Notes under the pieces: model-generated
What the model was told of the DNA's origin: nothing
Databases searched by the model: none
The model's input: the letters and a program-made list of their open reading frames with translations, nothing else
NCBI GenBank assembly: GCA_016234625.1
Contig: JACRBD010000347.1
Location: 1 to 46,257 of the forward strand
From: Caulobacterales bacterium
GTDB lineage: Bacteria; Pseudomonadota; Alphaproteobacteria; Caulobacterales; Caulobacteraceae
Direction of reading: 5' to 3'
DNA: 46,257 nucleotides
Translations under genes and position numbers: made by a program
In this document: piece after piece, positions 38,871 to 46,257 of the stretch
Position numbering within the stretch: position 1 is the stretch's first letter
How the letters are laid out: each line of letters opens with the position of its first letter

Positions 38871-39442
38871 ACCCGGACTTCGAAGCGCCGGACGACCAGC
38901 TTGCCGCCAGTGCAGTCGCGGGCGACGAGCGCGCCTTCGCTCGGCTGATCGCCCGCCACAAGGACGGGCTGTATCGCTTCATTCGCCGCTACACCGGCAA
39001 TCCTGACGAAGCCTACGATCTTCTGCAGGATACCTTGGCGGCGGCCTGGACGGCGCTCAAACGCTATGATGCCGCACGCTCGTTCCCGACCTGGCTGCGA
39101 AGCATTGCGCTCAACAAATGCCGGGACTGGTCCAGGCGGCGTGCGGTGCGACGCTGGCTGACGCGCAGCGATCCGCTCGACGGTCAGGCGGGGATGAACC
39201 TGACAGATGACGCGCCGTCGCCCGAGGCGGCCGTGCTGGATCAGCAACGTCTCTCCCGGCTTGACCGGGCCGTGGCCAACCTGCCGCAAGGTCTGAAGGA
39301 ACCGCTGATCCTGACAGCGCTGGAAGAACTCAGCCACGAAGAGGTCGGCCGTATTCTCGGGTTGACCGCCAAGGCCGTCGAGCTACGGGTTTACCGGGCC
39401 CGTAAAGCGCTGGCGGAGGCTCTGGCTCTCAATGAAGTCTAG
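38867..39442 (+). CDS. ECF sigma factor (CnrH/NccH-like)
   Basis: WLRSIALNKCRDWSRRRAVRR, KAVELRVYRAR; coupled to the sensor gene. Confidence 0.87.
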   Translation: MNPDFEAPDDQLAASAVAGDERAFARLIARHKDGLYRFIRRYTGNPDEAYDLLQDTLAAAWTALKRYDAARSFPTWLRSIALNKCRDWSRRRAVRRWLTRSDPLDGQAGMNLTDDAPSPEAAVLDQQRLSRLDRAVANLPQGLKEPLILTALEELSHEEVGRILGLTAKAVELRVYRARKALAEALALNEV

Positions 39443-39909
39443 GCTTTCGTCGCGTGCGACGACCAGTGGATGTGAGCGATCAGCCAGACGCCCTTTGTCC
39501 GCTTCAGAACCATGGTTTCAGTTGTCCCCCGGTCCACGGGCTTGCCTTCATGGGTTCCGGTTGTGCGGCTCTGCGTCATGACGACCGCGAACGACCCGCT
39601 CGTCGAGATGCGGCGGCTGATGACCTGATCGGTCATGCCGACGCTATAGGCGATGTCGCCGGGCAGATGCCCGGTGACGTATTCGTCCTTCGAGACTTCC
39701 ACCCAACCCTGTTCATAGATGACCGCATCATCGGCCATCAACGCGGCCACCGCTGCCGCGTCGCCCCGTTTCATCGCCGTGTGGAACTGTTCGACAACGG
39801 CGAGCGGGGTGGCGGCCGGCGAAGCGGCCTGAACAGGACTTGCCGGCGTGGACGCGGCAACAGCCGCTCCGGCAAGGCAGAGGGAGAAGGCGAGCGCTCT
39901 TAGAACCAC
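39439..39909 (-). CDS. Exported NTF2/SnoaL-like (DUF4440) protein
   Basis: FHTAMKRGD, YVTGHLPGD, ETMVL, WLIAHIHWSS; follows copB. Start uncertain. Confidence 0.78.
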   Translation of the reverse strand: MVLRALAFSLCLAGAAVAASTPASPVQAASPAATPLAVVEQFHTAMKRGDAAAVAALMADDAVIYEQGWVEVSKDEYVTGHLPGDIAYSVGMTDQVISRRISTSGSFAVVMTQSRTTGTHEGKPVDRGTTETMVLKRTKGVWLIAHIHWSSHATKA

Positions 39910-39931
39910 GGGGAAACTCCAAAAACAGGGG

Positions 39932-40993
39932 TTAGAACCATGCACGCAAGCCGATCACGAAACTGGTCGCCTGGTCGTCCTTGCCCAGCGCGCGGGCGTA
40001 GTCGGCCGTGCCGCCGAATTTGCGGTCGAACGAGACGCCGATGTAGGGCGCGAACTCGCGCTTGATCTCGTAGCGGAGCCGCAGGCCCAGCTCGATGTTC
40101 GATACACCCGAGCCCAGCTCCAGCTCGGAAATGTCCTGGCCGGACAGGTTGGCCTCGATACGCGGCTGTAGAATCCAGCGTTGGGTCAGACGCAGATCAT
40201 AGCTTCCTTCCAGACGCGCGAGCAGCTCCCCCTTGTTCGATAGGAAAAGCGAGCCGGACGTTTCGAACCAGTAGGGCGCGACACCTTCAAATCCGACGGT
40301 GGCGTAGGTGCGCTTTGGCCCCGACTGGAAGTCCTGTCGAAGGCCCGCCTGGAGATCGAAATAGGGACTGACCGCTCGCGAATAGAGCGCCTGCACTTCG
40401 GCCGCGTCGATCCTGTCTTCGCCGCCCGCGCCTTCGGACTTGATCACCAAGCGATTGAGGTCGCCGCCAACCCAGGCCTCGCCTTCCCAACGATAGCCGT
40501 TCTCGCCGTCGCGGACCTGGTATTCGCCGAGGTTGACCATCACCTTGGAAAGGACGCTGCCGCCATGCTCCTTTTGAAGCTGGGCACGGGCGCGGGCCAT
40601 GGCCGCCGGGTCGAACACGCCATCAGCAGCGTGATCGGTGGGCAGGGGAGGTGCAGGCTCGGCGCCGACCTCCTCTTCGGGGGCGCTGTGATCCATCCCT
40701 TCCATGCCCGCCATTCCGGCCATGCCGCCCTCGGCGGGGTCGAGCGTTGGAGCTTCCATCGGCTGGCCCATCGCCGGCTTGGCGGCGGGGGCGGCGGGGG
40801 CGACCTCGCGGCTCGGCGACGGGGGCTTTGGGGGTGCGGTAACCGGCTTCGCCGCCGGCTTGGGCGGGGGTTTGGGCTTGGGCGTGGGAGCCGCCTTTGG
40901 TGCCGGCATCGGCATAGGATGGCCCTGGTGTTGCGCCAGGGCGGGCGTCGCCGTGATGGCCAGAAGCGCGGTCAGGATCGTCGCGGTCCTCAT
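39932..40993 (-). CDS. copB: Copper resistance protein B
   Basis: Met/His/Pro-rich N-terminus, GLRLRYEIKREFAPYIG, GLRAWF. Confidence 0.93.
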   Translation of the reverse strand: MRTATILTALLAITATPALAQHQGHPMPMPAPKAAPTPKPKPPPKPAAKPVTAPPKPPSPSREVAPAAPAAKPAMGQPMEAPTLDPAEGGMAGMAGMEGMDHSAPEEEVGAEPAPPLPTDHAADGVFDPAAMARARAQLQKEHGGSVLSKVMVNLGEYQVRDGENGYRWEGEAWVGGDLNRLVIKSEGAGGEDRIDAAEVQALYSRAVSPYFDLQAGLRQDFQSGPKRTYATVGFEGVAPYWFETSGSLFLSNKGELLARLEGSYDLRLTQRWILQPRIEANLSGQDISELELGSGVSNIELGLRLRYEIKREFAPYIGVSFDRKFGGTADYARALGKDDQATSFVIGLRAWF

Positions 40994-42711
40994 GCGCCTT
41001 CTCCCGCCAGGGGTCGGACACTGACCACGCGGAACATGCCAGCATGCATGTGGTAGAGCATGTGGCAGTGGAAGGCCCAGTCGCCCGGCGCATCCGCCGT
41101 CAGGTCAAAGGTCACCTTGCCGCCCGGCGCGACGGTCACCGTATGCTTGCGGGGACGCCGACCCCTTGGCCCGACCAGAAGCTCGAAGAAGTGTCCGTGG
41201 AGGTGCATGGGGTGCGCCATCATCGAGTCGTTCACCAGCGTAACCCGCACCCGCTCGTTCAGACGGAACGGGATCGGCTTGGTGATCTCGCTGTATGTCT
41301 CACCGTCGAACGACCACATGAAACGCTCCATGTTGCCGGTCAGGTGCAGTTCCAAGGCGCGTGATGGAGTCCGCGTATCCGGGTTTGGGTCGAGCGCCTC
41401 AAGGTCGGTGTAGACCAGCACCTTGTGGCCAACATCTTCCAGACCCTGACCCGGCTCGCCGGTGCGGTCCATCGGCATCGGCGAGATGGTCTGGACACCG
41501 GGTCCCATGGCCACCTGCGGGGCATTGTCGCCGTTGCGCATGGACATATCCATGCCGTCCATCGACATCCCGCCGTCCTCGCTCATGTCCATGCCGGACA
41601 TATCCATGCCCATGTCCTTCATGGTGGCCAGCGGGCGCTCGCGCAGGGGCGGGACGGCGACGACCATGCCAAGGCGCGGCGCCAGAGTGGCTCTCCCCAT
41701 GCCGGAGCGATCAACCGCTTCGGCGACCAGGGTGAACGCTTTGCCCTCGGTCGGTTGGACGACGACGTCGAAGGTCTCCGCAACCGAGATCTGGAATTCC
41801 TCGACATCGACCGGTTTCACGTTCTGGCCGTCTGACTGAACGACCTTCATCGAAAGGCCCGGAATACGGACGTTGAAGATGGTCATTGCGGCGGCGTTCA
41901 CGAACCGCAGACGCACGCGTTCGCCGGGGTTGAACAGCGCCGTCCAGTTGTCGTCGGGTCCGTGGCCGTTGATCAGGAAGGTGTAGACCGACCCGGTGAC
42001 GTCGGAGACGTCGGCCGGATCCATCCGCATTTTCGCCCACTCGACGCGGTTCTTGAGGGGCTGGTCCCGGCCGGCCAGCAGACCGGCGACGGTCTCCTTC
42101 TGGAAATTGAAGACGCCCGCCTGCTGCTTCAGCTTACGGAAAATCTCGTGCGGATGCATGAAGGCGAAGTCGGAGAGGACCACCACATACTCACGGTCAT
42201 AGGCCACCGGATCGGCGTCCCTGGGCTCGATCACGATGGGGCCGTAGTGCCCCTCCTGCTCCTGAAGGCCGGAATGGCTGTGATACCAATAGGTCCCCGA
42301 CTGCTGGACGGGGAACTCATAGACGAAGGTTTCGCCCGGCTTGATGCCCGGGAAGCTGACGCCAGGCACGCCGTCCATCTGGAACGGCAGAATGAGGCCA
42401 TGCCAGTGGATCGAGGTGTCCTCGTCCAGGTCATTAGTCACCGCGATGCGGGCGATTTGGCCTTCTTTGAGCCGGATCAGCGGTCCGGGAACGGTGCCGT
42501 TGATGGTGACGGCATGACCTTGGCGCCCATCGACCGGCCAGGCCGTATGGCCGATACGAAGTTTGATATCCGTCCCGGACAGTGTTGGCAGGTCCCGGAC
42601 GAGGCCCGACGAGTTGCTGCGCGCCCAGGCGGGAAACATGCTGGTCATGGCCAGCCCCGCTCCGAGCAGACCGGCGTTTCTCAGGAGTGTGCGGCGGGCG
42701 ATTTTGGGCAT
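40990..42711 (-). CDS. copA: Copper resistance multicopper oxidase (CopA/PcoA)
   Basis: Tat signal (RRTLL), HWHG, WYHSH, HPMHLHGH, HCHMLYHMHAGM. Confidence 0.95.
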   Translation of the reverse strand: MPKIARRTLLRNAGLLGAGLAMTSMFPAWARSNSSGLVRDLPTLSGTDIKLRIGHTAWPVDGRQGHAVTINGTVPGPLIRLKEGQIARIAVTNDLDEDTSIHWHGLILPFQMDGVPGVSFPGIKPGETFVYEFPVQQSGTYWYHSHSGLQEQEGHYGPIVIEPRDADPVAYDREYVVVLSDFAFMHPHEIFRKLKQQAGVFNFQKETVAGLLAGRDQPLKNRVEWAKMRMDPADVSDVTGSVYTFLINGHGPDDNWTALFNPGERVRLRFVNAAAMTIFNVRIPGLSMKVVQSDGQNVKPVDVEEFQISVAETFDVVVQPTEGKAFTLVAEAVDRSGMGRATLAPRLGMVVAVPPLRERPLATMKDMGMDMSGMDMSEDGGMSMDGMDMSMRNGDNAPQVAMGPGVQTISPMPMDRTGEPGQGLEDVGHKVLVYTDLEALDPNPDTRTPSRALELHLTGNMERFMWSFDGETYSEITKPIPFRLNERVRVTLVNDSMMAHPMHLHGHFFELLVGPRGRRPRKHTVTVAPGGKVTFDLTADAPGDWAFHCHMLYHMHAGMFRVVSVRPLAGEGA

Positions 42712-42729
42712 CAAATCCTCGGTTGGACG

Positions 42730-42753
42730 GAGCCGCCGTAATACGGCGGCCTC
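42730..42753. other. Strong hairpin just upstream of the copA RBS
   Basis: GCCGCCGTA-A-TACGGCGGC inverted repeat. Confidence 0.5.
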
Positions 42754-42809
42754 CCATTTGGTTTCGGATCGCCCAACGCCCCCGGTGCGATCCAGCTCAG
42801 TGTGCTGTG

Positions 42810-43493
42810 TCAGAACTTCATGTGTGCGGCGCCGTGGGTGACCACCGCACCGAGGTAAGACTGCACCAGGATCAATAGGACCGAGGCAGCGAGCAGCGCC
42901 TCATAGCTGCGCGAACTCATACGCACGGCCGCCTGGTCAGCCGGCCGCTTCAGGAACCACAACGCCAACAGCAAAAACGGCATCGCGGTTCCAAGCCATC
43001 GGTGAATGGTTAGGGTTAGATCGTCATTCGGTATGGGCAACCCCGCGTTCAGCCACCCCAACGGCGCGGCAACGAACGCCCCTGCGACGGCGACGGCGAG
43101 AAGAGTCTTGTTGCTCGCGGTGTGGATCGGCCGGCGCCTGACCGCTGCAAGGCACTCCAGGAACGCCACCGTGAGCAGCAGGGCGATTGGGAAATGAATG
43201 ATCGCCGGATGCCACATGCCCAGCCAGGCTATCAGGCGACCCTTAAAGGTCTTGGGCTTGGCCCTGTCCATTTGGCCCATCATCATGCCGCCGCCATCGT
43301 CGGCTGACGGCCAGGCCATGTCGGTGACCGGCATATCTTCGGGGGCGGCTGCTACAGCCGGCGCCGTTGCGGCGGCGGCCGGAGCCGGATGCTTTTCGCC
43401 TTCGTGCGCGCTGACCGGCGACACCGCTAACCCAAACGCTACAATCAGCCCCAACATGTCGGCCAGCCATGGCCTCGCGGTCGTCTTCGTCAT
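42810..43493 (-). CDS. DUF2231-like membrane protein
   Basis: HPAIIHFPIALL, HRWLG, GAVVTHG; N-terminal AHEGEKH. Confidence 0.75.
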   Translation of the reverse strand: MTKTTARPWLADMLGLIVAFGLAVSPVSAHEGEKHPAPAAAATAPAVAAAPEDMPVTDMAWPSADDGGGMMMGQMDRAKPKTFKGRLIAWLGMWHPAIIHFPIALLLTVAFLECLAAVRRRPIHTASNKTLLAVAVAGAFVAAPLGWLNAGLPIPNDDLTLTIHRWLGTAMPFLLLALWFLKRPADQAAVRMSSRSYEALLAASVLLILVQSYLGAVVTHGAAHMKF

Positions 43494-43562
43494 GGTTTTC
43501 GACCCCTCGTCACTTCGACTGCAGTCACAGGCGTGACCTCACGACCTCGCCCGCGCTCGGCG

Positions 43563-43892
43563 TCACATAATGTGGATTTCGGAGACGACCGGCTTGCCGC
43601 CGACGTTCTTGAGGACGAAGTGGACCTTCTTGCCGACCGTGACCCCGTTCAGCACGGCGGCGGACTCGACCTTGAACTTCATGGTCATGGCCGGCCAATT
43701 GAGCGCGACAATGGGGCCGTGCGCGATCACGACGGTGCCGGCCTTTTCATCCACAGCCTTGATCACGCCTTCGCCGGACGCGGCCTGGGGGGCGGCGCCA
43801 TGGTCTTCGCCATTGTGGGCCAGAGCGGGAACCGCCGTCCCAGCGGTCGAAAGCGCGGCGGCCAACGCCGCGATCATCAGCTTGGACTTCAT
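43563..43892 (-). CDS. cusF: CusF-like periplasmic copper-binding protein
   Basis: IAHGPIVALNWPAMTMKF (H-W-M-M ligands); signal peptide. Confidence 0.88.
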   Translation of the reverse strand: MKSKLMIAALAAALSTAGTAVPALAHNGEDHGAAPQAASGEGVIKAVDEKAGTVVIAHGPIVALNWPAMTMKFKVESAAVLNGVTVGKKVHFVLKNVGGKPVVSEIHIM

Positions 43893-43943
43893 CACAAACT
43901 CCTCGGATCTCTTGGATCGGTGCGCGTCGGCGCTGCAGGTGGA

Positions 43944-43971
43944 TATACGCGCCCGGCTTCTGCAGCCCTCA
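43944..43971 (-). promoter_or_regulatory. Putative CnrH-type ECF promoter (cusF-cop operon)
   Basis: TGAGGG-N16-CGTATA. Confidence 0.7.
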
Positions 43972-44016
43972 CCGGCCGGACGAAGACCGGGTGAGTGAAG
44001 AAGGGCTCCGGGGGAC

Positions 44017-44044
44017 TGGGGGATTTGAGCGAGCGACGCGTATG
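44017..44044 (+). promoter_or_regulatory. Putative CnrH-type ECF promoter (cnrY-like gene)
   Basis: TGGGGG-N16-CGTATG. Confidence 0.65.
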
Positions 44045-44076
44045 GGGATGGAGTGGGGTTGCGTGGGACGCAGGAC

Positions 44077-44358
44077 ATGAATGACCGATTGGACCGCTTG
44101 CTGACCGAGCTACGCGACCAGGACCTGGATCGTGAGCTAGGCGCTGTCGAATACGACGTGCGTCGTCGTATCGCCCATGAGCGGTCGGCGAGAGCCGGCC
44201 TGGCGCCTGCCCGCATGGCAGCCGTGGGCATCGCCCTGGTTCTGGGAACCGGCGTCGGCGGCCTGACCGCCGCATCGGCCGTCGCCGCGCCCAAGCCTTC
44301 CATCTTCGCGAGCGCCGACGCCCTCGCGCCGTCTACGCTGCTCGAAGGGCGGCGTTGA
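44077..44358 (+). CDS. CnrY/NccY-like anti-sigma factor
   Basis: 93 aa, LDRLL N-terminus, single TM segment, C-terminal LAPSTLL signature. Confidence 0.8.
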   Translation: MNDRLDRLLTELRDQDLDRELGAVEYDVRRRIAHERSARAGLAPARMAAVGIALVLGTGVGGLTAASAVAAPKPSIFASADALAPSTLLEGRR

Positions 44359-44387
44359 TCTAACCCCTACTCGGCCGCAGGGTGCGG

Positions 44388-45470
44388 TCAGTGCGTCTCG
44401 TGGCTGTGTCTGTGATGCAGGTCGGGATAGTGCGGATGGCCGTGGATCAGGCGGGCGTGGGCGTGCCTGTGCACGTGCGGTTCGCCGTCCGGGTCATCCG
44501 GATGGTGACCATGCTGGTGATGGTTGTCATGAACATGGGCGTGCTCATGCTCCATTGGCTCATGAACGTGGTCGTGGTCGTGCCGCTCGACCAGATGCAG
44601 GTAGAGGCCGACCATCATCAGCGCCGCCGCGAGAACCAGCGGGACAGTGAGAGCCTCGCCAAACATGGCGATGGCCAGCAACGCTCCGATGAAAGGCGCG
44701 GTCGAGAAATAGGCCCCGGTCCTCGCCGTGCCGAGGAAGCGAAGCCCCAGGACGAACAGCACCAGGCTGACGCCGTAGCCGAGGAAGCCGACCACGCCCG
44801 CCGCCGCCGTCAGCCCCATTGACGGCGACTTCGCCCCCAACGACAGGGCGAGGGTCAGGTTCACGGCTCCCGCGACCAGGCCCTTGATCATGGCGATCTG
44901 CACCGGGTCAGAACCGCTGACCTTGCGGGTCAGGTTGTTGTCGATGCCCCACGCCAGACAAGCTCCGGCGATGGCGAGCGAACCTATGCCGACGCCGCCA
45001 AACCCCTGACCCGGCTGCCACGAAAGCAGCACCGCCCCGCTCAGGATGGCCAACGCCCCGAGCAGCAGGCGGCGGTCCACATTCTCGCGGAAGACCAGCC
45101 AGGCGATGGCCATGGTCGCCAGCCCTTCGAGATTGAGCAGCAGGGCGGCGGTCGAAGCGGCCGTCGTCGTGAGGCCGATCATCAGCAGAAGCGGACCGGC
45201 TACGCCTCCGGATAGCACTACCAGAGTCATCCAGCCCACATCCTTGCGGCCGAGTTGGGCCTCGCCTGTTGATCGTCCAATGAGCCTGCGGCCGTAGTGA
45301 ATGACCGCCAGGCCGATGCCCGACCCCAGATAGAGCAGCCCGGCCAGCAGCCATGGGCTGACCCCATCACCCAGTAACGCCTTGGCCAGCGGCGTGCTGG
45401 CCCCGAACAACGCCGCCGATGCGATGGCCAGCGGCGCGCCGGGCCAGGCGAGATGGGACTTGAGGTTCAT
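44388..45470 (-). CDS. DMT/EamA transporter with His-rich tail (CnrT-like)
   Basis: LFGASTP, LLLNLE, WGIDNNLTRK, GAYFSTAPF; tail H..H..HYPDLHHRH. Confidence 0.88.
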   Translation of the reverse strand: MNLKSHLAWPGAPLAIASAALFGASTPLAKALLGDGVSPWLLAGLLYLGSGIGLAVIHYGRRLIGRSTGEAQLGRKDVGWMTLVVLSGGVAGPLLLMIGLTTTAASTAALLLNLEGLATMAIAWLVFRENVDRRLLLGALAILSGAVLLSWQPGQGFGGVGIGSLAIAGACLAWGIDNNLTRKVSGSDPVQIAMIKGLVAGAVNLTLALSLGAKSPSMGLTAAAGVVGFLGYGVSLVLFVLGLRFLGTARTGAYFSTAPFIGALLAIAMFGEALTVPLVLAAALMMVGLYLHLVERHDHDHVHEPMEHEHAHVHDNHHQHGHHPDDPDGEPHVHRHAHARLIHGHPHYPDLHHRHSHETH

Positions 45471-45477
45471 GCAGGCC

Positions 45478-46256
<779 letters not shown>

Positions 46257-46257
46257 G

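Noticed and set aside
41520-41630. Repetitive ATGGAC/ATGTCC tracts in copA
   Set aside because: Explained by the normal Met-rich linker of CopA multicopper oxidases.

Overview
High-GC alphaproteobacterial (Caulobacteraceae-like) mobile DNA. About 1-28.7 kb is the backbone of a conjugative plasmid or ICE: a methylase/strawberry-notch helicase, a Phd + PemK-like toxin-antitoxin pair, a long ParB, a Toprim protein, a stand-alone RepC with a C-terminal DnaA_N-like domain and an upstream ctRNA, DUF2274, and a P-type trbCDEJKLFGI operon. trbB, the coupling protein and the relaxase are not in the window. The backbone is interrupted by an IS91-like element carrying a tyrosine recombinase, a TonB receptor/esterase/double-TetR cargo and an IS1182 copy. 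About 28.8-46.3 kb is stress and metal cargo: SigF-NrsF with a thioredoxin-CcdA-DsrE operon, Crp, a decayed SDR and rhodanese, a hybrid histidine kinase, a CnrH/X/Y-like ECF system, copAB/cusF, a His-rich DMT exporter and the 3' end of a CzcA-type RND pump. The most notable signals read directly from the DNA are: a 16-bp purine-rich motif upstream of three backbone genes; a four-copy TG(A/G)GGG-N16-CGTA promoter motif with a split cnrY / cnrXH operon; back-to-back SigF promoters; six GANTC sites in 136 bp upstream of repC; and diverged internal duplications at both window ends. All calls come from motif recognition by eye; no searches were run.
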